NCBI GenBank assembly: GCA_964016885.1
Contig: OZ024741.1
Location: 92,504,001-92,568,000, forward strand
DNA from: Eledone cirrhosa
Taxonomy: Eukaryota
Direction: 5' to 3'
DNA: 64,000 nt
The notes under the pieces were generated by a model. The model was not told where the DNA came from. It saw only the letters and a program-made list of their open reading frames with translations, and did not search any database. Position numbers and translations under genes: made by a program. How positions within the stretch are numbered: the first letter of the stretch is position 1; each line of letters begins with the position of its first letter. Below, piece after piece: positions 43,126 to 54,931 of this stretch.

Positions 43126-43810
43126 TGACACCTGTTTGTAGGGATACTTCTTTAAAACTGAATACGAAAGTATTTGATTAATTACATAGCGCTCACACTA
43201 TTTAATCATTTCTAAGCTAATAATTCATTTAGATAAAAACCTTGTGTCAAAATCTTATATAAGAACCCTTTGTTAAGTTTTTATTGAAACGTGAATAAGC
43301 ACAGTTAATTATGTAGTCCTAGAAACAGTGAATAAAAAAACGAGGTTGTCACAGCTGGGAAACTTTTGACCATATATCTGCTGGATTAGAATTAAGGACT
43401 TAGTACAATTACATTTTAATATCCAGAATATAATGTATACTTTAAAGTGACATCTGTGAAGAATATCTGCAACACACACACATATGTGTATATAAATATT
43501 ATATATATATATATATATATAACCAAATATTAAACAAGGTTCTATATTGAATAATCAATGACTATAGTTTTACAATAGATTAAAAGCACTCAACTGTGAA
43601 GTTTTCTGGAGTTATTAATATTATTCAAAATATTAATAAATGGATACATTCACATAATCAAAATATATGTTTTATTATATATATTTCGGAGGTATTGTGC
43701 TGTTTATTTAGTACGTCTTCATCAGATAAAATACATAAATTGATGTCTAACATACCTCAACTGTGCTGATGGTTCAATTCCAGTCTTGACTGCCATTTAT
43801 TAATATTTTG

Positions 43811-43893
<83 letters not shown>

Positions 43894-44077
43894 CTGCGAG
43901 GTTTTTAACATGAAATCGTGTGTCGAAACAAATATTGTTATACTTGTGGAGGGTCATATTGTTGTAATAATATTGCCAGAAATAATAACACACGCAAACG
44001 CATGCGCAGAGAAGACGACAAAAATAAATAGATAAAATAAAAATGGCGTAGACATACAATACAACAGGAGGAACATA

Positions 44078-44131
44078 ATAGTACCACTGATGATGTTGCA
44101 GATGTGCAACGAAAGAATTTTGTTAGACTAT
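44078..44131 (+). ncRNA. Hammerhead motif with imperfect stem I (relative of the 27746 family)
   Basis: CUGAUGA-U-GUUGCA(GAUG)UGCAAC-GAAAGAAUUUU. It has the same extra nucleotide after the core. Nearby 43890-43970 resembles 46010-46075. Confidence 0.55.
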
Positions 44132-44256
44132 ATATATGTGTTTTATATCTATATTATATCTGTCAGTCAATGATAAACATTGAGGACCAAATGAATTAAA
44201 TGTGGAGATATAAAAGATTCAGAAGCGAAAACCAATAGTACAAATATATATATTTA

Positions 44257-44314
<58 letters not shown>

Positions 44315-44849
44315 CATGTATATGTATATATATATACATACATGTATATGTATATATGCATGTGTGTCTATACATATATATATGAATATATATATGTGTG
44401 TGTGTGTGAGTGTGTGTGTAAAAAAAGGAAGAAAGAGAAAGATATGGAGAAGAGGGACAGAGAGAAAAGAGGATAGAAAGAGAAGAGAAAAGGATAAATA
44501 AGAAATAAATGTATCTTTATTATTAATATTATTAATGATGCTGTAATTTGAATTCGTAAAAATACTGAACATTTAACGGTTATCTCCGATGATCTGGTTA
44601 AGCTAACAACGTATTTAAAATTGAGTGGCACTGCTTCAAGTGTTCAGCAATTTTTAGACAACTGTTATTCTTTACTCTTTCAATATTATTACTCCAAGAT
44701 AAACTTACATAGGAATACTAGAGAACTCATAAACTCGCCACCTACGTTAACCTCTTGTTGAGTCAAACAACGCCGTACGATAAAACTATCCATAATACAA
44801 AGTATTCACAACCTCTAACCGGATTACCTATAACGATATTTTGTTATCT

Positions 44850-44911
<62 letters not shown>

Positions 44912-44924
<13 letters not shown>

Positions 44925-45551
44925 ATATTAGTATTGGTGCTCTGAAATAGCGATGTATACATGAATGTATGTATAGTATATTTGGCAATATACCGTATGT
45001 TTAATTAAAAACATTTAGAAGACCATTCACTATCAGTTTTAAAATAGTGACTATGTCACTTACTTATATTTTCGCCAATGGCTGGGGGAGTGGCTGGCAG
45101 CTGTTTCTCGCTGCTTGGCGTTTATCAAAGCCATGCACTCACCTGCCTTTGCCGAAAATTATAGAAGCTGGATTCTTATAGAATTCCAGTACTAATCAGG
45201 AGCTGATTACACAGAGCAATTGCCGGTCCAACAAAAATTAAGTATTAGTATTGGTATCGCTCTGTGTAATCAGCTCCTGATTAGTACTGGAATTCTATAA
45301 GAATCCAGCTTCTATAATTTTCGGCAAAGGCAGGTAAGTGCGTGGCTTTGATAAACGCCAAGCAGCGAGAAACAGCTGCCAGCCACTCTCCCAGCCCTTG
45401 CCGAAAATATAAGTAAGTGACATAGTCACTATTTTAAAACTGATAGTGAATGGTCTTCTAAATGTTTTTAATTAAACATACGGTATATTGCCAAATATAC
45501 TATACATACATTTATGTACACATCGCTATTTCAGAGCACCAATACTAATAT

Positions 45552-45564
<13 letters not shown>
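44912..45564. mobile_element. Fold-back insertion of a 317-bp HHR unit homologous to the 310-bp tandem unit
   Basis: Arms at 44912-45217 and 45259-45564. TATTAGTATTGGT occurs at 44926 and 45243 (period 317). Shares ATCGCTATTTCAGAGCA, GGACCGGCAA, ATTCTATAAG and GGTCTTC.AAATGTTT with the 831-1758 units. HHR-like motifs at 45090-45134 (-) and 45342-45386 (+). Confidence 0.85.
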
Positions 45565-45596
<32 letters not shown>

Positions 45597-45936
45597 GGAG
45601 GTGAGTTTTATTGTAGTACAATAAAGCAATGCAGATATCGGATAAGAAGCACTCTACAGTTTGTAGGACTGGAGTATACATAATATATAAGAACAAAAGA
45701 TGGTTAAAAGAGTTCCATGTATTTTATTATGCGCATTTCATGTTGATTTAAAACTGCACTATCCACAAGTGTTTTTTTAACCTTCATATCTTCCTGTTTT
45801 ATCTGATAAAAACACAAATATTATTGCATGATGATATTTGTTTTTGAAATGCGCATAATAAAATACATGGAACTCTTTTAACCATCTTTTGTTCTTATAT
45901 ATATATATATATATATATATATACCCCCACATACAC

Positions 45937-45984
<48 letters not shown>

Positions 45985-45986
<2 letters not shown>

Positions 45987-46548
45987 TTCGTTTCCGAATT
46001 TGTTTAGCAAGATTCTTTATCTGAAAACGTGTGTTGAAACCGATATTGTTATGCTTTAGGAGGGTCATGTTGCCAATAAGAAACACACGCACCAGTTGCT
46101 TTCACTCCAATTTATTATAAATTAAAAATAATTTTTTTATAAATTTCCGGTTGGTTGGTTGGTTCCACAACCGGACGGTTGTTCATATATTGTCAAAGTT
46201 CTTTCGTCACACATTCTGTGACCTCATCAGTAACCGGGGATTCTTTTCTTTGTTTTGTGCCTCTCCTTTGTTCTGTCCTACGCCATCTTGTTTTTGTGTG
46301 TGTTGTGTGCTTAGTTTGCGCATGTGTTACATCCGGGTGTCCGTGTGTGTTTTTTGTTTATTTATTTATTTACATGTTACTAGAATGTGTGACGAAAGAA
46401 CTTTGACAATATATGAACAACCGTCCGGTTGTAGAACCAACCAACCGGAAATTTATTAAAAAAAAATTTTTATTTATAATAAATTGGAGTGAAAGCAACT
46501 AATGCGTGTGTTTCTTATTGGCAACATGACCTTCGCAAAGTATAACAA
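45985..46548 (-). mobile_element. Solo pLTR of the fourth PLE family with 5' inversion
   Basis: 46045-46381 matches 27597-27943. 46382-46548 is the reverse complement of ~46045-46218, with the breakpoint inside HHR stem II. Confidence 0.85.
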
Positions 46549-46550
46549 TT

Positions 46551-46585
<35 letters not shown>

Positions 46586-46610
46586 ATATATGGAGGTATA
46601 TATGTGTATA

Positions 46611-46681
<71 letters not shown>

Positions 46682-48029
46682 GGAGTGTAATGTGAAGTTT
46701 AGGTTCACGTCAGTAGCGAGGTGTACAACAGCAGAGGTTCGACAGTCTTTTGATTCCAGAGTCAAGCCAGATCGCGTTGCACGGACTTAACACAGCAACA
46801 AGGGTGCGACAAAAGGGGTCACCGCGGAATTAGCACAACAGCTGTTCGGCGTACTTGCGCAGGGCGTTCATACTGCGGTGTAGGTGCAACAAAAGGGGTT
46901 TTAGTAGAAGTAGCACAGACGTGAGTTTTACGGTGTCAATAACACGGCAAAGTACACAGGGCCCAGATTTGTGCGTGATGAAAGCACGAATCGTCACCAG
47001 GGCGCCGACAAAAAATTTAAGGTCCTTCTCATTTCCTCAATCCCCCGAAAATGGTCCTGCTTAAAAGTAAGTAAGTGTTGTGTCCTCTGTTAAATAAACC
47101 AAATTCTTAACGAAATATTATACGCTACTTATGATGATTAAGTAGCGTTTATATTGAAAATGAAAATGGCATGTAATGCCCAATGCTAACTCGTAAATTT
47201 CCTAGAAACCATTAATGGAATCTGAAATATTTTTTTGTCCACAGCAATGCGAGGTGTCTAACTAATGTGTGCTGCAAATTTCGAGGAAATCGGCTGGATT
47301 ATCTTTAAGTTACGCATCAAAAAACGCATAAAAATTCCTTTTAAATGCGGTTTTTCGCCAAATGCGGGCTCTAGGGCAGAAAAAAAAATCGAATTTTTTT
47401 TAATTACACTTCAAGTGTAAGTAACGCATGTGTAAAGTTTGAAAAAATTCGGTCGGGTACTTCTCGAGTTTTAGGGATTTACACAGACAGACATCCTCTT
47501 TTTTATATATATATATATTATTATTATTATTATTATATATATGTATATAAATCTGAGCTCTTCGAATATTAAGATTCGGTTGCAATTATGCAAACAGCCT
47601 CTTTAAGCCATGTCAGTAGAATGATCCGTCATTTTTGCTCTTGTGTTGGCATATAAACAGAACGGCAGACACTAATGTTTCTGGGTGATTACTCTTCACC
47701 AATACCGTATACTGCCTCCCTGCCAACTGTCAGAGCTAGTGAAAATATATGGGTTTTTTTCTGGAATATACAATGATTGATCGGCCTGGTTTACATATTA
47801 GCGGACTGGCTGATCAGCTAGATCTGCATATTAGCAGACCCACTGATCAGCCATATTTGCATATCAGCAGATAGGTTAGTTTCATGTATACGAGCGATTA
47901 ATGGCCGATTTTGCCATAGTTAAATAACTAGCAAATAGTTTTATCGCGCGCGCGCTCTCTCTCTCTCTCTCTACACACACACACTCTCACACACACACAC
48001 ACACAAATATATATATATAAATAAATTAG

Positions 48030-48260
48030 ACAATTATCAAAGTTGTGTTCAAATCATTTAATAGATGACAATCGTTTCTTCCAAACTCTCATTTGGAATC
48101 ATCGGAGCATTATCAATGTTTGTACATGTAATTAACCTCCTATTCAACTGAACAATAATATAGATACATATATATTGATGTTGTGAGCAACAGTTTCGTA
48201 TTTACAGGGTGGAATGGATGTGACATATATTTTACGAGAATTGTACACAAATTCAAATTC
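48030..48260 (-). mobile_element. Diverged pLTR remnant homologous to 26530-26740, with CCGAUGA hammerhead motif (48063-48109)
   Basis: UGCU-CCGAUGA-UUCCAAA(UGAGAG)UUUGGAA-GAA-ACGAUUGU-C. Flanks align (AGGAGGT...CATT.ATAA and AATG.TTTGAACA...CTTTGAT). The 3' strand of stem I is decayed. Confidence 0.65.
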
Positions 48261-48407
48261 AAATTAAAAGCACAGAGTGGAATACATGCACCAGATAATA
48301 CAAGATAATAGTCTAATTGAGGTAGTAGGAAATTACTGACCTTCCTGTTTATAGTTGTTTATACTATATGCATAACTATAAATAGTATTATTATATATAT
48401 ATATATA

Positions 48408-48960
48408 TATTATAATTGAATATAAAAGAAAGACGAACACAGATATATACATATATGTGTTCAAATGGTAAGGGACCAGATTCGCTAAGGTGAAAAGAAT
48501 ACTAACTATAGACTATAGGGTTTGTCTGACTCAATTTAAGAATAAATCAAGAAAATAAATACATGTGCGTTGTTATATATACGCACACTATTCAGTTTCT
48601 TAATATACTTAGAAGTGTCTAGGATACTAATTCTTCACCCACTGATGAGCAAGAATGGGCATTCCTATTCACAATTAATTTTGCGAAACAGCAGTACCAA
48701 AAGCTGTCCGGGTGATCGGTAGTTACCACAATTCTGGTTTGTATTTATTTTCTTGATTTATTCTTAAATTGAGTCAGGCAAGCCCTATAGTCTATAGTTA
48801 GTATTCTTTTCACCTTAGCGAATCTGGTCCCTTACGATTTGAACACATATATGTATATATCTGTTCGTCTTTCTTTTATATTCAATTATAATATACGGCT
48901 CGGAAAAATCTCTTTTCTAGAGCTATTTTATTGTAAGAGACTATTTTGAGATTCTAACTC
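48408..48960 (+). mobile_element. HHR unit with ~155-bp 5' inversion; HHR at 48635-48715
   Basis: 48408-48563 mirrors 48740-48893. UCACCC-A-CUGAUGA-GCAA...UUGC-GAA-ACAGC(loop)GCUGU-C-C-GGGUGA is related to the 19810 motif. Confidence 0.8.
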
Positions 48961-48974
48961 AATACATACGTTTG

Positions 48975-49005
<31 letters not shown>

Positions 49006-49290
49006 TTTTTGGATAAATGAAGCTTTAGAAATTATAGTTTTCACTCTATATAATATTTGAGCTATTTAAGGTGTAATATGACTGAAATAGTTTTATATTA
49101 ATCTATTCTTATATTACTGCTACTCCCTTTAATTAATTAAATTAATCTTGGTAGAGTTGTTTGTTTATAAATTGGGGGGGGGGGTCTATTTCTAGCTTCC
49201 CCTTTAACCACTAGCTTTTGACGTCAGACCTAATATTTTAAAGCTGGAATTTTATTTATCATACTAGCGCGTCCTTTTGCTTAAAATATA

Positions 49291-49459
49291 TCTTAAAATA
49301 TATCGAACGGCTTTTACAAAAAAAATCAAGTGAAATACTTTGTGTTGTTAAATGTCTAGACAGCAAAACCACCCCACGGTGGTTTTGCTGTCTAGACATT
49401 TAACAACACAAAGTATTTCACTTGAATTTTTTGTAAAAGCTGTTCGATATATTTTAAGA
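49291..49459. repeat. Fold-back palindrome (~83-bp arms, 4-nt loop)
   Basis: TCTTAAAATATATCGAAC...AAAACCACC-CCAC-GGTGGTTTT...GTTCGATATATTTTAAGA. Confidence 0.93.
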
Positions 49460-51519
49460 CAATTGCTTGCTAATGAGTTTTGACATCTTCATTCATTAAT
49501 TAATTATCTTAATTAATAACTATTTCTTTGCCAAAACGAAACCACGAGTTTATAGGTGAAATTGTATTTTTATTTTAAATTGTATTTTTGCTTGCAATGC
49601 TCACTTCTAATATATTCTAAATTTTTACATATTTTAAAAGGTGCGGGGTCGGAAAATCGTTTTGTATATAGAGCTGTACGTGAGTATGCATTTATTATTC
49701 CTCCGTACGAAGCTGCGAGCATATGTGTATGTATATAGGTGTGTGTGTGTGTGTGTATTAGGTGTGGATCCATACAGAGCTGTGAAGGTAAGTGTAGAGG
49801 TGTGTGTGTGTGTTTTGTTGGTCTGTATAACCTGTAAAAGTGTGCGACAGCGGACGAGGTAGGAAAAATTTATTAGAGTAGTTGTTAAGGAGGCCAGCTC
49901 CCTAGACGGTGTTTCGTAGCGTGGGGGCATCCTGAAAAGAACTCCAGGCGTGTATTCAACGAATTATATACATTGCCTTGGTGTCCTGCTTTGAGAAAAG
50001 AAAGATAGACCTGTCCTCCAGCTACAAAAGAAATCTGAAAATTACGACATTTTAGTTTATCTTGTGTGATTCTTAGGCGTTCTAAATATATATTTTTATT
50101 TAATCTCCAATTTTGAAGAAATTTCAGGTAAGATTGAAAGCCAAAGATCTCATTGAATAAGAAAAAAAAGCTATATTTGTTTATAATAAATATATGTGGC
50201 TCCGATAGTTTCAATTAGATTTTAAAGCTAAAAATGGCTCTTCCGATTGAAAAAGTTCCCCATCCATGATTTTGAGGATGCTTTTACTTCCTACAATTAA
50301 GTTGACCCCACTGTTTACAGCTGTAAGCTATACAATAATATGACCACTGAGTGCTTATATGTGGCCATTGCAAATCCAGTGTGGAGTGTTCTGTAGATGC
50401 CAGAGTACAAAGGAGTGGTATTATTAACTGGTCGTCTCAGGCGGTGGGTTGGCAGTATCGATGGAGCGTCAGACATGCTCTGTGACATATAGTTACATTC
50501 CTTTGCCTTCTAAATTCAATTCCCTCCGAGGTTAGCTTTGCCTTTCTTCCTTACTGGGTCCATAAAATAAAGTGCCAGTAATCGACTTTCCCCTACCTAC
50601 AAAATTGCTGGCCTTTTACCTAAATCAGAAACCATTATTGATGGTCGTTTGTTAGTCTATCGATTCAACAAGCTGCGACCGTTTAACATCATAAAAACAT
50701 AATAAACTTCTCATTGGTGTTATAGCAATAACACCTTACACCATAAAGCATGTAAATTCAGCAAGTCTAAGCAATCAAATTTAATTTTACACTGAAGAAA
50801 TATTCAGAGATCGATTGCTGACTGTTTACTTGTTCTCTTTTCAGCTTATTTGGATTTTAAGCCGTGAGTTTCTGATGAACGTTAACTCTTAACACCTTAT
50901 AATGATTTAGAAGAAAATATCTAAAAACAAGTTTCTTAATTCAACTGTCTATTTACCATGGAACAGATCTTTTCTTAAAATGTGCAGTATTAGACTTAAA
51001 GACTTTAATGTTTAATGTGATACCTTAGTGGTAGTTTTTTGTTGTTGTTTTTTTTACAATAATGTCTTGCTAATGCGGTTTCATGTAGTACAGGACATTA
51101 AGATTTAAATATATTATTTGTAGTCAAGTAATCGTACCAGAAACATTGTCAGGTTGTTAAGTTAAAATCTGTTTCAAGCCTAGAGACTTATTTCATTGGT
51201 GTTAAGAGTCATAGTATAAAACTACCCCTGCCTGTCTGTTGCAAGGTTAACTCCCAACTGCCATTACTCATTTTTTCCAGCTGAATGAACTAGAGCAACG
51301 TGAAATAAAGTTTCTTTTTCGGGGATACAACGCAACGCTCAGCCCCGTAACCCAGTTCACGTCTCATTTTGGTATGATATTTTTGTTACAGCTGGATGCC
51401 TTTCTTAACGTCATCCTCTTCACAGAATGTACCGAATGTATGCTATCTAACAACTGTTTCTACTTTAGGCACAAGGCCAGCAATTATCCAGTACATTACT
51501 GGTACTTTATTTTATCGAA

Positions 51520-51732
51520 CGTTAGTTCAAAGACTCTTCGCGGAAACCCCATTTCGGCCGGAGATCAAGGGGTAAACCTCGAGCATGATGGTTGGACATC
51601 ATCTATGAGCTCGGTTGGTCTCGCCCGGGGATCCAGCCGGATCAATTGGTGACAATTGCTTCTGACAGGACCCGCCGGAATGTGTGCTTGAGGACCCACG
51701 ACTCTCCCAGGAATAAGTAGGCGAAAGAAGAA
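51520..51732 (+). mobile_element. RTE-clade LINE 3' end fragment
   Basis: GRRSRGKPRA*WLDIIYELGWS...ASDR; homologous to 63170-63260; short GAA tail. Confidence 0.65.
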
Positions 51733-52969
51733 CTTTCATCGTAAATTATTTCTAGCAAATTGACGCCTGACGTTGAAACAAGTAGATTGTCGACGTAGAC
51801 GTAACCAATCCGACAATCTACCACTGGACTTGGAGCATACTGTTCAAGATGAAACTGAACAACGCCATTGAGATTAGATGAAATGCAGTTCAGTTCAAAG
51901 ATAATCGCGTGGTACCTGTGGACAAATCCAGCATCATTTTGGCAAAATAAACAAAATGTGTTATTTTGCTCTTCTCTCTTAGTAAATATTTTCAAGAAAT
52001 GCTTTCTTGAGATCGGCTAGAGCAACTCTAAATAACTTAAATTTCTTTGAATGTCCGCAGATTTTGCTGATAGTGAAGACTACTCTCTATATATATTGTG
52101 ATGGCCGAAAGAATTACTATGGTTTTACCTCTTAAATACCACTAAAACACCATATTTGCTTTTGGTGAAGAGCAAACTCACACGAGAGTCAAAAACTATA
52201 CATACCTCAAGTAGAGTAATTGAGAATATATCTATCGTACAATGAATTCTCGTAGGAACAAGAACAAAATTTACTTGCATTACAAGTAAATTTGTTCTGT
52301 CAACTTCTAAAAACCCAAACGAAAAAAAGTGCCCCAAAACGAGGAGTAATTAGGCAAAATGGGGAGATTTTACATAATGAAAGCTATACCCATTTTCACA
52401 AGAGAAGACATTCCCCACCAACCCCGACGAGGAGAATTGACAGGTCTGTTGTAATCATATTCACGACAATCAGTATGAACAAATCTATTCACGCTGAGTA
52501 CCTCATTTACATTTAATACAAGAGATAACGTTTCAGACATGTTCATACAAGTGGATAAACGAATTTATGAAATTTATTGATTATTTTGCACCGTAAGTTA
52601 TGACTGGAATAAAAATGTGATTTGAAGTTTCGAGGTTTTCCATCACCTTTTGACCCGCTAAATGTAGAGAGACGTATTTCTTGAAACCTGACAAAACTGG
52701 CGATGATTCAGCCTAACTTAAGTTAAATTGATACTCGTTTAAATTTATTTATATTTCAAGTTGATAATCTGAGTGTCAATTTCAGTTTAGTAAGCTTCGT
52801 CAAAAACTTCGCTGCTTTCATAAATAGATACAATTATTTTATCAATAGTATTTATACATGCTATTCGTTTTTAAATAGCAGAAATCTGTCGAGTTATAAG
52901 AATGTTTACATACGTTATTTCACTTAGCATATTGAGGTAATTAGTAAAGAACCGCTTACAAGTAACGCG

Positions 52970-53450
52970 TGTAGCGACGTGGTTAGTCAGTCTGGTCACT
53001 ACTTCTGATCAGATCCGAGAATAGCCCTTAGAAGGACTGTTATCGCATACGGTCTGATCAGATCTGAAGATAGTCCTTAAAAGGACTGTTGTCGCATATA
53101 GCCCTTAAAAGAATTGTTGAGGATGGACAGACGAAAGCACAAGTTGAAAGGACGAAGCAAGGCGAGATGTAAATTCGATCAGCTATTTATGTTCACATGA
53201 AGCGACGATACGAGGTACAAAGCGTGGCAGAGGCAAGGAACAACGATACGCGAGTTGAGCCTGCCAAATGTCGATTGGCGAAGTGTTTGGAACCACTCTA
53301 TTTATACAGAAATAATCGTTTGATGTTTAGCCGCTGTGTAGGCGTTTATTCTGGTAGGTTTTAAGGGTTCTTTTGTTTCACGTTGAGGTAGCTAGCTAAC
53401 AGGTAGATGGCGCTGTATATTTCACAGATGTTATTTCCGGTGGCTGTACA
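52970..53450 (-). mobile_element. Probable solo LTR (Gypsy-like)
   Basis: TGTA...TACA termini with 4-bp target duplication CGCG (52966-52969 and 53451-53454). TATAAATAG occurs on the minus strand near 53300. Confidence 0.6.
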
Positions 53451-54512
53451 CGCGCCTATTCACTAACCCTTTTAGTTTGGTTTGTTTTTTAGCTTGACGT
53501 TGTATTTATTTGTATGATTTGAGTTGTGTGTATGAAGAACACCAACAGCACGTATTTTCACAAAGAATTTTTGCCAAACATTTCATAAAGGATTTGTGTC
53601 AGAACTATAAATAAAAAGAAATTGAAATTATAAAAATGTGAAAAAGTCTTTGAGAATTTTAAGGTGTATTGAAATGTTCTAGACACAATTTTGAGGCTTT
53701 ACCTCCTTGATGTAAGGTTGTCGATAGATTGAAGGGTGCTGATAATGATTTGTGAAACGTTGCTTTCAGATGGCGAACTGGCAGAATCTCTGCAGTTTTC
53801 CGGATAGTAATATAGTTAAATAATTGATTTGAAGCGAGTTTGAAAAAAATCCAATTAAAGAAATAAGAGGATGGAATGGGCTGATAAGAACGCAGTTCAT
53901 AAAACGAACAAAGGATAATAGTCCTCTTTTTGCACATTTTAAAAAATATATATATATAATTTTATGAGTACAAAACTGAAATTTGTATGTTGAGATTTCG
54001 ATTCTCGCCAAAAGTTTCATCTGTTAGACACGCAGTGACTAACAACAGAATGTTTTAAGTCTGGGTGTATGACATGATATGTTGTGACATGTGACATACA
54101 TGCGTAGCTTGTGAATAAAAAAAATTCAAGACTATTACTGGCCGTGGTGATGACTCCCAAAGATCTTTTGTAATGTATCGTCTTATTGGCTAATCAACCA
54201 ACGAGAGTAATTGTTGCTCAAAAGTATCCGCCACTTTGTTTCCACGTTTATTTATCGTTTCGCTTTCGAATCTTCCTCCAGTATTTCGTTGTTTATCATC
54301 AAAATATTTTTCTCGTTTTGGTTAATTTATATATGATTTTTTAAGTTTATATTAACTATTAAAAGTCTGAAAATATTTTTAGACATCTTACAATAAGATC
54401 ATTTATAAAATAATTATATAATCTAATTACATTACAACGATAATTTATTATTAATATATATCATGTTTAACTAGAGTTATTACAAGCGTTGCCTTAAAAA
54501 ATATTAAACTAG

Positions 54513-54931
54513 ACCTAAAAAATACGCAAGCTCAAAAGAGCCATAGAATGTTATAATAAACCTTCAAAAGTGTGGGACTAGAGTTGTTGCTTAAAAATAT
54601 TGTAATCATTATCTATCGTACACTCTGTGGCATCCTTTTATAAAAAAGCGACTCATAACGAACTCAAGACGACACGATAATTATTTAAGTGAATTTATAA
54701 TATAGAATTCGGTTTAAGTGCATTTCGTATCTAATATAAGATATTGAACATTAGCTTAAATAATTATCGTGTCGTCTTGAGTTCGTTATGAGTCTCTTTT
54801 TTATAAAAGGATGCCACAGAGTGTACGATAGATAATGATTACAATATTTTTTAGTAACAACTCTAGTCCCACACTTTTGAAGGTTTATTATAACATTCTG
54901 TGGCTCTTTTGAGCTTGCGCATTTTTCAGGT
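54513..54931. repeat. Inverted repeat (~177-bp arms, 65-bp spacer)
   Basis: 54513-54689 mirrors 54755-54931 with scattered substitutions. Confidence 0.92.

Noticed and set aside
43695-43735. CUGAUGA on the minus strand; also weak motifs at ~18680-18720, 50873 and ~54780-54830
   Set aside because: GAAA or the stems are missing, so these are indistinguishable from chance or too decayed.
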